A stretch of DNA of 43,061 bases from Gloeobacterales cyanobacterium (lineage in GTDB: Bacteria; Cyanobacteriota; Cyanobacteriia; Gloeobacterales; PMM-0068), in assembly GCA_038245785.1 (NCBI GenBank), contig JBBRSB010000037.1, positions 1 to 43,061 of the forward strand. Direction: 5' to 3'. A program made the position numbers and the translations under genes. Below, piece by piece: positions 11,794 through 21,140 of this stretch (position 1 is the stretch's first letter; each line of letters opens with the position of its first letter). Below the pieces are notes generated by a model. It ran no database searches, was not told the DNA's origin, and saw only the letters and a list, made by a program, of their open reading frames with translations.

Positions 11794-11820
11794 CCGCAGC
11801 AAGCTGCGGTTGGTCTTTTC
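11794..11820 (+). terminator. Hairpin between tRNA-His and the convergent phosphatase gene
   Basis: CCGCAGC-AA-GCTGCGG followed by TTGGTCTTTT. Confidence 0.55.
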
Positions 11821-12529
11821 ACAACTTCGTTTGAGCTTTCAATAAGTTCGTAATCTCAGGCTGTGTGCTGGGATCAAATCCGTAACCGCGCATCTCCGCT
11901 AAAGCCTTTTGGAAATCCCAACGGTCGTGCTGGAGACGATAGAGCGCGACCATGCCTCCGGTGCGGTCCCGACCGTGCTGACAATGGACATAGATAGACT
12001 TCGCCGCTTTCGGGTCGCTCGTCATAGCTAGAAAAGTAGAGGCTTGTTCTTGGTTGGGTGCGTTGTACATTGGTAGACGCACATACTTCAGACCCAGCTT
12101 ACGGACAACAGTGGCTTCTTGTGTGGGTGACATCGGTAGATGTGGATCGCTGAGGTTGCAGTTTTTGACGACTCTGCTCTTGACCCGTGTCCCTTCCGCT
12201 TCCCCTTTGCGCAAGTCGACAATGGTAGTCACGCCCAACTGCTTTAAACGTTCAAGCCCGGCCTGAGTCGGAGCACTGCCTCGATAAAAAGGTAAAGCAG
12301 GGTGGTCTTTTTTGAAGAGCGACGGCACTAGATTGGAATTGTAGAGGTCTGCATCGCCTGGCCTTTCGCTACAGCTTGCGGCCAATGCTGGCTGGCTTAG
12401 AGGGACGGCAGATGACCATAGGGCAACCCCAAGGGGAAGGGCAATTGCCATTAAAGAATGTAAAAAAGGTTGTGTACTCGATTTTGATTTTCTGGTTGAC
12501 CTTGACTGCACTTTGTCTGAATTCAGCAT
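11819..12529 (-). CDS. Exported Cys-based (dual-specificity/tyrosine-type) phosphatase
   Basis: CX5R loop HCQHGRDRTG, YRGSAP, TIVDLR, and an N-terminal hydrophobic stretch ending PALA. Start is uncertain (ORF extends to 12640). Confidence 0.85.
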   Translation of the reverse strand: MLNSDKVQSRSTRKSKSSTQPFLHSLMAIALPLGVALWSSAVPLSQPALAASCSERPGDADLYNSNLVPSLFKKDHPALPFYRGSAPTQAGLERLKQLGVTTIVDLRKGEAEGTRVKSRVVKNCNLSDPHLPMSPTQEATVVRKLGLKYVRLPMYNAPNQEQASTFLAMTSDPKAAKSIYVHCQHGRDRTGGMVALYRLQHDRWDFQKALAEMRGYGFDPSTQPEITNLLKAQTKL

Positions 12530-12770
12530 TGGAAATAAGCATCCAGAGAGTCCCAGAACATAGACTAGCATGGCCAAAGCCAGCATCTCTAGGAATAGCT
12601 TGCCTTCTATAAAATCAAAATAAGTTTGAATTTTAGGCAAATTAGTATGCGTTTATGGCTGAAATCACTTCGGGACGCGTAAATTCCCGAAAGCTGAAGG
12701 ATTTATGCACTTATTCAAGCCTCTCAGAATAGGTACTCTAACCTGGACGTAGGTACAGGCGGGGTCCTTT

Positions 12771-13958
12771 GTGAATCATGTAGAAATTGAAGAAAAAACT
12801 TTTCATACAGACGGGAAGCAGAAAGTTGCTATTTTGCTCGTTGGCTATGGCGAAGTGGAAGATTATGCTCACTTTGCCGACTATAACGAAAGTGCTTTGC
12901 GCCTCTTGACCGCTAAGTTCGTGACCATTCCTGACTCCCTCTTCTTCTGGGTAGCAAAGGTTTTGAGTTTTCTAGACAAGCGGGAATGGCATAGCCACGG
13001 GGATTTCGTCTCTCCCCACAATCGTATTTTTGAAGGCCAGCGCGTAGGGATTGAAGCTTCCCTCCAACGCCGCTTTGGCGAACAGGTTAAAGTCTTCAAA
13101 TCCTTCAACTTTTGCAAGCCCCATTTGCCCGAGCAGGTTCTCCAGCAAATTCGCTCAGAAGGCTATGAACGGGTGATTCTCTATCCGCTCTTGGTCGTGG
13201 ACTCTGTGTTTACCAGTGGTTTGGCGCTCCAGCAGTTCAATGAGGCCCTGAGCCATCAAGACCGTTGGATCAAGGCAATGCGCTATTGGCCTTCATTCTT
13301 CGACGCAAAGGACTACCACAAACTGCTGGCAGAATCTTTCCATGAGAGCATTCAACAGGCGCAAGGCCCCTATCCTTCGTCTCAGGTAGGTGTGATTTTG
13401 ATGAATCATGGTTGCCCTATGGATGCTCGTGGATTCACCACTGGTGTCGATGAGAGTGTGGCCCTCTATGAGTCGGTACGTGCGGAGATGATCACCCGCT
13501 ATCCTTTGATTTCCATTGGTTGGTTAAACCACGATACCCCTGGTAAGTGGACCACCCCCGATGTGACCCAGGCGGCCAAGAATCTCCTGCATCTCGGGGC
13601 TAAAAAGCTAGTTTTCGCGCCGATTGGTTTTTGCACAGAGAACCACGAGACGATTCTCGATGTGGCGCATATCCTTGAAAAGTTTGATAAAGAGGGCGTG
13701 CCCTGTCAGCATCTGCCTTGCGTAAATGAAGATGAAAAATTTTGTGAGATGGCGGCTCAATGGATCGAGCCACTGGTGGGTGAGCTATTGAACGTATCGG
13801 AACTGGCTGAACAGAGTCCCGTACATAACGGACACAGTCACGCTGAGCATAGTCATGGTCATAGTCACAATGGACATGCTCATAACGGCCATGCTCATCC
13901 TCATCCTCCCCAAAAACAGGCTCATAGTCATGGAGACGGGCATACTCATGTGCACTAG
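12771..13958 (+). CDS. Ferrochelatase-family chelatase with His-rich C-terminal tail
   Basis: AILLVGYGE, YPLLVVDS.FTSG, NHG.P, WTTPD, PIGF.TENHET.LD (ferrochelatase-like). 17 His in the last 44 aa. Confidence 0.85.
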   Translation: MNHVEIEEKTFHTDGKQKVAILLVGYGEVEDYAHFADYNESALRLLTAKFVTIPDSLFFWVAKVLSFLDKREWHSHGDFVSPHNRIFEGQRVGIEASLQRRFGEQVKVFKSFNFCKPHLPEQVLQQIRSEGYERVILYPLLVVDSVFTSGLALQQFNEALSHQDRWIKAMRYWPSFFDAKDYHKLLAESFHESIQQAQGPYPSSQVGVILMNHGCPMDARGFTTGVDESVALYESVRAEMITRYPLISIGWLNHDTPGKWTTPDVTQAAKNLLHLGAKKLVFAPIGFCTENHETILDVAHILEKFDKEGVPCQHLPCVNEDEKFCEMAAQWIEPLVGELLNVSELAEQSPVHNGHSHAEHSHGHSHNGHAHNGHAHPHPPQKQAHSHGDGHTHVH

Positions 13959-13979
13959 CCCATACTGCTAGATGTAATG

Positions 13980-14024
13980 GCAAAACAACCCCTGTTCTCT
14001 TGAAGAGAACAGGGGTTGTTTTGC
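13980..14024. terminator. Long perfect inverted repeat, probable intrinsic terminator
   Basis: 22-bp arms GCAAAACAACCCCTGTTCTCTT / AAGAGAACAGGGGTTGTTTTGC, 21 nt after the chelatase stop. Confidence 0.8.
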
Positions 14025-14060
14025 AGGGAGCAATCCTGGCTGGTCTGGAAGCATCAATAG

Positions 14061-14180
14061 GCTTACTGCACAGCGATTTTAGAAAGTTTAGGCCTGCGCG
14101 TAGTACGTGTCTCTGATGAGCAGGTGAGCTACCGTTTTGCTAGCATCTATACCCAAATCCGAGCGACCTTCTCCTCCTAG
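14061..14180 (+). pseudogene. DUF559 / Vsr-like endonuclease C-terminal relic
   Basis: Manual translation gives AYCTAILESLGLRVVRVSDEQVSYRFASIYTQIRATFSS*, resembling the DUF559 C-terminus (RT..LE..G.RV.RF.N.EV). An in-frame stop lies upstream and there is no start codon. Confidence 0.55.
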
Positions 14181-14359
14181 AACAGGCTCCCTTCTCGGCT
14201 TCGCCTACCTGTTGCCCTAAAGGGTCCCCAATCTGCCTACGGCAGCAGGTACCTTGTGCCAGACACGACTCTGCACGTGAGCTTCGCTTACAGGGAGCTG
14301 CCCTGCAGGGACTGAGGGCTTCCAGGATTCATGCAAGAGCTCTTAATCTTGAAATCTAG

Positions 14360-14971
14360 CTAATCAGCGTCTCCCTTTCCTTTTTTCTCCTTTCCTCCCA
14401 CTTTCTCTGCCTCCGCTTTCTGTACAATCCCGCAGGCTAGACGTCCATCTCCAGCGTCAGCCGCCGTTCCTCCCACTTTAATTTGGTCCTGGAGCGTATG
14501 AATGATGACCGCCGTTCCGTCAGCATCGAATACCGTGGTAGGACTATCTCCTAGAGAAACGCGACTAGTAACGGTCTGTAGCCTCCCTCTACCCTGTTCA
14601 TCTACGACTAGATTGGGCAGGTCTCCCAGATGATAAGGATGATTCAGTTCAACGGGTAAAGACGAACCAAATGGACCAGGGTCAAAGTGCCCACCTGCCA
14701 CACTGAAGGGCATTGCTCCTGATGCACAGGAACCTACACTATGGAAATGAATCCCATGGGCGCCTGGGGTCAGTATTTTGGGATCTCCATTGACATCTAC
14801 GTAAACACGGACAAAGCCCGGTGCAAATTCTACAAGAGTTGCCTGTCCTAAGATCCCCGGACCTTCAATTTTGACTTTAGCAACGAGATTATCCTCTGCT
14901 AGAACAACGGTGTTCGCGCACAAAACCAGCGTGCCCGCAAGAGAAAGTAGATATCCGATAGAGTGCTTCAT
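14360..14971 (-). CDS. sodC: Cu/Zn superoxide dismutase family protein, exported
   Basis: Signal peptide, HGIHFH, GGHFDP, NHPYHLGDLPNL, IIH, GRLACG. Confidence 0.9.
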   Translation of the reverse strand: MKHSIGYLLSLAGTLVLCANTVVLAEDNLVAKVKIEGPGILGQATLVEFAPGFVRVYVDVNGDPKILTPGAHGIHFHSVGSCASGAMPFSVAGGHFDPGPFGSSLPVELNHPYHLGDLPNLVVDEQGRGRLQTVTSRVSLGDSPTTVFDADGTAVIIHTLQDQIKVGGTAADAGDGRLACGIVQKAEAEKVGGKEKKGKGDAD

Positions 14972-15449
14972 TAGATTTATTCCTCGCTAGTAATTGATGT
15001 ATTGATGCAGACTTAGTCCATTTCTATTAATAGAATTTTGTACTAATCCTCCTAATAATTGGGTCTAAAATAGCGGTTTTAAATTGATCCACCTGCTAAT
15101 AAACGGCATATCAATGAGGAATATACTGAAGATAAACAGTGTTTTATACTGTTCTTATCGCTCGAGCACCATCTTATTCAGCTTTATCTCAAAAAAATAT
15201 CAGTATTCTTACGAATATCAAGTTCGAAAAGTGATGTTAGAGCGCAAAGAGATACTGAATCTTTAATCTTTGAAGAATTAAACAATCTTGACTTGATATA
15301 TCAGCTTTGTTTGATCTTAAAGGAGCGGCTATTTTGTTCCTTTTAATCAATTTCGGTTTGACTTTTTTATAGTAACAATGACCTTCTCCCTAAAGTCTGA
15401 AATCCCACTTAACCTAGGGGATGAAATATATTGCTGCATGCAGAGCTTT

Positions 15450-16547
15450 CTATTTGCGTCCTGCTTTCAGGGCAGCTTCACTTTTTTCGATAGTTCCGCA
15501 GGCTAGACGTCCCCCGCCCGCTTCATCAGCCGTTCCTCCCGCTTTAATTTGGTCTTGCAGCTTATGAATAATAAGGGCAGTGCCATCTGTATCGAATAGG
15601 CCAGTGGGACTATCCTTCAGGCTAATTCGATTCGTAATAGTTCTCAGCTTGCCTCTGCCTTCTTGGTCTACGACGAGATTCGGGAGGTCTCCCAGATGAT
15701 AAGGATGATTTGCTTCGACAGGCGTGGAGGAACCCATGGGGCCAGGATCAAAATGGCCGCCTGCTCCACTAAAGGGCTTGGCCCCAGATGCGCAGGAACC
15801 AACGGCATGTAAGTGAATACCATGCAAGCCAGGCGTCAGCACCTTGGGATTTCCTTGCACGGCTACTTCTACCCGTACTGCTCCATTTTTTTCTTCCGTA
15901 AACGTGGCCTCTCCCGTGATTTCCGGGCCTTCAATTTTGGTTTTAGCTATAGGCAAAAGTGGAAGAACGGCCATCCCCTCTTTTCGGATAACGCCGCAGG
16001 CTAGACGTCCCCCTCCCATTTCACTATTCGTCCCTTCGGTCTTTTCCTGTGTTGCTCCCTGATCTGACAGCCTATGAATGATAAGGGCAGTCCCATCTTC
16101 ATCGAAAATACTTCTAGGACCCTCACTCAGCGTAACTCGGCTCAGCATGACCTTGAGCTTGCCTCTACCCGCTTGATCTACGACGAGATTGGCTAGGTCT
16201 CCTAGGTGATAGGCCTGCTTTGTCTCGACAGGAATAGAGGAGTCGGAGCGGGCAGGACCAATATGCACGCCTGATTCACTAAAAGGCTTGTCCTCTGATC
16301 CACAGGAACCTGTGGAATGTAAATGAACGGCATGCAAGCCAGGCGTCAGCACTTTGGGGTCTCCCTTAACGTCTATCTCTACATGTACTAACCTGTTTTT
16401 CCCCTCAGAGAACTTGGCCTCGCCTGTAATGCCTGGGCCTTCAATTTTGGTTGTAGCTGTTGGCGGAACTGCCGCCGACACCGAAGTACTCATGGATAAG
16501 ACTAAGGTTCCAGTTATAAATAGTAGAGAGATTCTAAGTGAACTCAT
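15450..16547 (-). CDS. sodC: Two-domain Cu/Zn superoxide dismutase family protein, exported
   Basis: Signal peptide followed by two SodC repeats, each with HxxHLH, YHLGDL.NL, LIIH and GGRLACG. Confidence 0.9.
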   Translation of the reverse strand: MSSLRISLLFITGTLVLSMSTSVSAAVPPTATTKIEGPGITGEAKFSEGKNRLVHVEIDVKGDPKVLTPGLHAVHLHSTGSCGSEDKPFSESGVHIGPARSDSSIPVETKQAYHLGDLANLVVDQAGRGKLKVMLSRVTLSEGPRSIFDEDGTALIIHRLSDQGATQEKTEGTNSEMGGGRLACGVIRKEGMAVLPLLPIAKTKIEGPEITGEATFTEEKNGAVRVEVAVQGNPKVLTPGLHGIHLHAVGSCASGAKPFSGAGGHFDPGPMGSSTPVEANHPYHLGDLPNLVVDQEGRGKLRTITNRISLKDSPTGLFDTDGTALIIHKLQDQIKAGGTADEAGGGRLACGTIEKSEAALKAGRK

Positions 16548-16842
16548 ACGTAAGTTTCTCTAGGGTTGTTAATGAATACTGATGCTGAAGTTAAGGGTGC
16601 GGTTCTAAGTGAGAAATAGCTCTGCTTTTCCACATAACCAAAGATACAGGGTAATTTGTTTATTCTGAAAATAAAATGCCCAAATCAAGAAGAAATGCCA
16701 ATGCTTTGATTGCAAACTCAGGGATGCATCTATTTCTGATAAGAGCGAACGCAGGCAACGAACACTAGGCTGTGTCGGTCCATTTTGAGTTTTGGATTCA
16801 AAGGAGTGCGACAATAAAATTCGAAAACCACGGGAATTAATA

Positions 16843-17742
16843 ATGAGCAAAACCGCCTGGGTATTTCCCGGACAGGGTTCTCAAAAACAAGGAATGGCTG
16901 GGGATATGGCCAACCATCCTCTGACCAAATCCCTCTTCGAAGAAGCCGATGCGATGTTGGGCTGGTCGGTGGCAGAGCGGTGTGCTGGACCTCAGGAAGA
17001 ATTGGATAAAACACGCAATACCCAACCTTGCCTCTATGTCGTTTCCGCAGCGGCAGCTCTTCACTATCGCGCCTTAGGACATGCTCCCGACGCAGTCTGT
17101 GGTCATTCGCTTGGAGAGCTAACGGCCCTCTGGTGCGCCGGAGTTTTTGATTTTGGAACAGGGTTGCTCTTGGTCCAGAAACGGTCTTACCTCATGGAAG
17201 ACCAGACCCAAAAAGCGCCTGGCAGTATGGCGGCTATCCTTGGTTTTGACCGGGAAGCGCTCTATAAACTAGTGCAAGAGATTGATGGTGTCGTCGTAGC
17301 CAATGACAATAGTTCGGGTCAGGTCGTCATTTCAGGGACGAAGGAGGCGGTTGCCCAGGTGCAGAGTCAACTGAAAGCGAAACGGTTTATCCCGCTAGCG
17401 GTTAGTGGCGCTTTTCATTCACCGCTGATGACACCTGCCGCCCAGGCTTTTCGGGAAATTCTGGAGGCTACTCCTTTCCAAACGGCACAGGTTCCTGTCC
17501 TTTCCAATACAGAACCGATCGCCACTACTGATCCCACGGTACTGAAAGAACGGCTAGCGCTACAGATCGATGGTCCTGTGCGCTGGCGAGAAACGGTTAT
17601 TCAACTGGCGGCCCTTTCCGTAGAACGAACGGTCGAGATTGGACCAGGGAGTGTCTTAACCGGGTTGATTAAAAAGACAGATATTCCTGACCGTTCAGGT
17701 TCTGTCTTCGAAACCGAAAATTTCTTCCCCGTTACTTTTTGA
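16843..17742 (+). CDS. fabD: Malonyl-CoA:ACP transacylase
   Basis: MSKTAWVFPGQGSQ, GHSLGE, VSGAFHS, EIGPG. Confidence 0.97.
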   Translation: MSKTAWVFPGQGSQKQGMAGDMANHPLTKSLFEEADAMLGWSVAERCAGPQEELDKTRNTQPCLYVVSAAAALHYRALGHAPDAVCGHSLGELTALWCAGVFDFGTGLLLVQKRSYLMEDQTQKAPGSMAAILGFDREALYKLVQEIDGVVVANDNSSGQVVISGTKEAVAQVQSQLKAKRFIPLAVSGAFHSPLMTPAAQAFREILEATPFQTAQVPVLSNTEPIATTDPTVLKERLALQIDGPVRWRETVIQLAALSVERTVEIGPGSVLTGLIKKTDIPDRSGSVFETENFFPVTF

Positions 17743-17750
17743 TTGAAGCC

Positions 17751-18425
17751 TCAAGCGAAGTGATAGGGGGGAAGCGCTCCATCCAGTTTTAGGGTTCCTT
17801 GGGTACACTGTTCTTGCCATCGCTGAACCTGGGGCAGAAGAGAGACTTCTCCTGCTCGCTCGGCCAGAAGATGGATTCTTTCGAAGCCCTCTTGGGCCTG
17901 GCCTGGGATCACAGGATAGAGGCTATGGGCTTTTTCGATGACCGTTTGCCACTGTGCCTGTTGGGCCGCTTGCTGTTCTGCCCGTGCCTGATGCTGCTGT
18001 TTTTTTGCGAGGAAGTACTGTTTTCCTTTCTGGTTAGTTTCTTCTGTTCCCTCTGTTTCTGGCATGGCGCTGAGGGGATGCGGAATAAATTTCAGGGTGT
18101 ACTCTGCTTTGCCGTTGAGTTTTTCTAATTTGGCTAAATACCGATCGGCATTTTGTTCTAAGTGGGCGAGTAATCCTTCTTCTGAAATGAAACGGGTTCC
18201 AAACCGTAGCGGCAGGACGGTTATTTGCCGAAAGAGATCACAGATTACGCGGTCATGGGTGAGGGCAGCGCGGATCAGCAATTGGTCATTAGTTTCTAAG
18301 GTTTCAAAAGATACGCCCGGTTCTACGATCGCCATCAGCCGCTCGTTGCCAATAATTTTTACCTGTTCTATCATCCCTTCTGGTCTGTCAAATTCTGTAG
18401 GGATTGCAAAAGCGTAGGTATACAC
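17751..18425 (-). CDS. GvpL/GvpF family gas vesicle protein
   Basis: HDRVI, TVLPLRFGT, GKQYFLAKK, C-terminal PPYHF. Confidence 0.88.
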   Translation of the reverse strand: MYTYAFAIPTEFDRPEGMIEQVKIIGNERLMAIVEPGVSFETLETNDQLLIRAALTHDRVICDLFRQITVLPLRFGTRFISEEGLLAHLEQNADRYLAKLEKLNGKAEYTLKFIPHPLSAMPETEGTEETNQKGKQYFLAKKQQHQARAEQQAAQQAQWQTVIEKAHSLYPVIPGQAQEGFERIHLLAERAGEVSLLPQVQRWQEQCTQGTLKLDGALPPYHFA

Positions 18426-18427
18426 GG

Positions 18428-19453
18428 CTAATTCTCTAAGGCTAAGACAGGAGATTCGCGTTGAGAACGGTTAACAATCAGTTCTATCGCCAGTTCCATT
18501 GCATGCATCATACTCTTACAGTCTGCTACACCCTGCCCGACAATATCGAAAGCCGTGCCGTGGTCTGGAGAGGTTCGGACTAAGGGCAATCCAATCGTGA
18601 CATTAACCGCTTGGTCAAAGGCCAAGAGCTTGAGGGGAATTAAGCCCTGGTCATGATAAAGGGCCAGATATCCTGTGTAGCTCTTGGCCTTTGTGTTCGG
18701 ATCATACCAGCGCTGACCGGGCTGTACCCAGAGCGTATCGGGAGGAATCGGACCCTGCACTTGCGGGTATTGAGCCAGGAGCGGGGCCAACCAGTCTACT
18801 TCTTCGGTACCGAGGGCTCCGGCTTCTCCTGCATGGGGATTCAGCCCTGCTACGGCAATCTGGGCATCAGGTTCTTTAAAATCTTGTTTCAGGGCTTCCA
18901 GAAATAAATCTAGTTTTTGACGAACGAGCTGGCTATTTAGCACATCGGGCACTTGGCGCAGAGGAATATGGGTAGTGGCTAAAAGTATCCGAAAAGCCCA
19001 GTTGGTATAGGGAGAGCGAGCATGGAACATCATGCCATAACGCTCTGAAACGCTTAGTTGAGCCAACAATTCTGTTTGCCCTGGATAGAAATGTCCAGCT
19101 TGATACCAGGCGGCTTTAGAAATAGGGGCCGTGACAATCCCATCAAATTGGCCAGCTATCGTTTCTAGAATTGCCGTTTTGAGATAACTAAAGCTGGCCG
19201 CACCGCTGCTGGCTTGGGCTGCACCTGGCGTAAAGGAGTCGCAGGGTAATTCCAAGAGGTCCCATTGGTTTGGGTCCGCCACATTTCCTAGATGTCCTAG
19301 GGCTTGATAGCAACGATGCAATATGCTGGCAGTGCCAACAAGAGTTATCTGGCACTGGGATGACCAATCCTTTTGGGCTAAGGCTTTGAGCACCACTTCT
19401 GGGCCAATACCGGCGGGGTCACCGATGGTAATTGCTATTTTTGGCAGAGTCAC
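18428..19453 (-). CDS. pdxA: 4-hydroxythreonine-4-phosphate dehydrogenase
   Basis: GDPAGIGPE, TAPISK, GLNPHAGE, YHDQGLIP, RTSPDHGTAFDI. Confidence 0.97.
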   Translation of the reverse strand: MTLPKIAITIGDPAGIGPEVVLKALAQKDWSSQCQITLVGTASILHRCYQALGHLGNVADPNQWDLLELPCDSFTPGAAQASSGAASFSYLKTAILETIAGQFDGIVTAPISKAAWYQAGHFYPGQTELLAQLSVSERYGMMFHARSPYTNWAFRILLATTHIPLRQVPDVLNSQLVRQKLDLFLEALKQDFKEPDAQIAVAGLNPHAGEAGALGTEEVDWLAPLLAQYPQVQGPIPPDTLWVQPGQRWYDPNTKAKSYTGYLALYHDQGLIPLKLLAFDQAVNVTIGLPLVRTSPDHGTAFDIVGQGVADCKSMMHAMELAIELIVNRSQRESPVLALEN

Positions 19454-19488
19454 GAGAGAACCAATTTCATCTAAGGCATACTGACATT

Positions 19489-20114
19489 CTAAAGTTTCTG
19501 GGCCTGGATTACCTGTAGGCTTCCTCCGGCATGGAGTTGCTTTTTACGAACGGTAAATCCTTGCTTTTGCAAAAGCGCTTCCGGTTTTTGTGCTATCCAC
19601 TGCCAAGACGTTTCTGTCTCAAAAAGCCACAGGAAGAGGGCCAAACCAGGCCAGATCAGCGGAATATCTGGCTGATGAAAATCAATGAAAGCGAATGTGC
19701 CGCCAGGTTTCAGGACTCGATAGACTTCACTAAAAATTTTCTGGATTTGAGCAGGCGTCATTTCATGCAAGGCCATGCTGGTGTGCACCAAATCAAATTG
19801 ATCGGCTTCGAGGGCAGTTTCTCCGCGCGTCCCAAAATGAATTTCCCTCTGGGAACACTAGCTTGCGCTGTTTCAATCGCTACAGGCGAACAGTCCAATC
19901 CCGTTAGGTCATAGCCTTCTTCCGCCAAAACTTGAGCAGCTAGACCACTGCCACAGCAAAGGTCTAAAGCTTTTTTCTCTGGGTTTGCAACAAGATCTTG
20001 CAAGGCTAGTTTTCTAAATCGTTGTTCACCGCCGACCAAGAGGCTTGTACTTTTGGAAACCAAGTTATAGAACCAGAGATGACGAAAGGCCCAAGTGCGT
20101 AAGATAGTTGCCAT
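19489..20114 (-). pseudogene. Class I SAM-dependent methyltransferase, frameshifted near 19811
   Basis: The 5' ORF has LDLCCGSG and the 3' ORF continues VHTSMALHE...RVLKPGG. Adding one T at CCC-T[T]C-GAA restores AEKLPFEADQFDLVHTS. Could be a sequencing error. Confidence 0.8.
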
Positions 20115-20117
20115 AAG
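20041..20117. repeat. Left copy of 77-bp direct repeat (methyltransferase 5' end)
   Basis: 67/77 identical to 33468-33544, ungapped. Confidence 0.93.
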
Positions 20118-20123
20118 ACTTGC

Positions 20124-21071
20124 TCACCCCAGTTTACAGTGCGCTTCTCCTCCCGCCTCAATCCAGCCCCGAATCAGTCCAGAGGTTGACTGAGCCGCAG
20201 CGCAGCGACCCGCACTATCGATCACAATCACCCCGCCCTCTCCATTAACCTTTGCAACCAAATACTGAATCCCTGCCTTCGCCGCAGCTTCTGCATCCAT
20301 TCCCTGAAACTGCACAAAATCAGAAATTGTTTTTGCCAACACCGTACGCAAAAATTGTTCTCCATAACCCGTCGCCGATACCGCACAGGTTTCACTGTCC
20401 GCAAATACGCCTGCCCCAATCACAGGCGTATCGCCCACCCGGCCCCAGCGCTTATTCACCAACCCCCCTGTTGATGTCGCTGCCGCTAGATTGCCTCGAA
20501 GGTCAAGGGCAACAGCTCCGACAGTACCCAGCTTCTGGGAGGGCTTGATCCGTTCATGATCTAAGGTTATGCGACCAGCGGCCTGAGCTTCTTTCAATTG
20601 CTTGAGCCGCACCTCGGTAACGAAGTAATCGTCCGGGAAGAGCTCTACCTGGCAATACTTCGCAAACTCGAGCGCCCCATCGCCCACCAGCATCACATGG
20701 TCACCCTGCTCTAGGACATGGCGAGCTAAGGCAATCGGATTTTTGATCTGCTTGACACAGGCCACAGCCCCAGCTCTCAGATTGCTCCCATCCATCAGCG
20801 CCGCATCCATTTCTACTTTTGCTTCAGCATTGAGCACCGACCCTCGACCGGCGTTGTACAGGGCATCGTCTTCGAGGAGGGTCACACAATACTCCACCAC
20901 ATCCAGCGCACGAGCCCCTTTTTCCAAACGTTGACGACCCTGTTCCAAGATCGCAGTAATGCTCTGCTTAAATTCTGCTTCGCTGGCCTCATATTTCAGA
21001 TCGTCAAGGGCACCAGCACCACCATGAATCATCAGGGAATAGGACTTGGACATCGTTGTTTTACCAGTCAC
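20124..21071 (-). CDS. iaaA: Isoaspartyl peptidase / L-asparaginase (Ntn hydrolase)
   Basis: IHGGAG, NAGRGS, GTVGAVA (Thr nucleophile), TSTGG, GRVGD, TGYGE. Start may be the ATG at MSKSY. Confidence 0.95.
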   Translation of the reverse strand: MTGKTTMSKSYSLMIHGGAGALDDLKYEASEAEFKQSITAILEQGRQRLEKGARALDVVEYCVTLLEDDALYNAGRGSVLNAEAKVEMDAALMDGSNLRAGAVACVKQIKNPIALARHVLEQGDHVMLVGDGALEFAKYCQVELFPDDYFVTEVRLKQLKEAQAAGRITLDHERIKPSQKLGTVGAVALDLRGNLAAATSTGGLVNKRWGRVGDTPVIGAGVFADSETCAVSATGYGEQFLRTVLAKTISDFVQFQGMDAEAAAKAGIQYLVAKVNGEGGVIVIDSAGRCAAAQSTSGLIRGWIEAGGEAHCKLG

Positions 21072-21140
21072 AAAGTGATACTTAAAGAATGCTCTTACAC
21101 GGCTGCGTTCAACGCTTAGAAACCGTATGAAAAGTCCTGC

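Noticed and set aside
13820..13955. Short repeated CATAGTCA / CATGCTCAT units
   Set aside because: Explained by the His-rich coding tail, not an independent repeat.
15084..15266. 60-aa ORF between the sodC genes
   Set aside because: AT-rich, low-complexity promoter region with no protein-like features.
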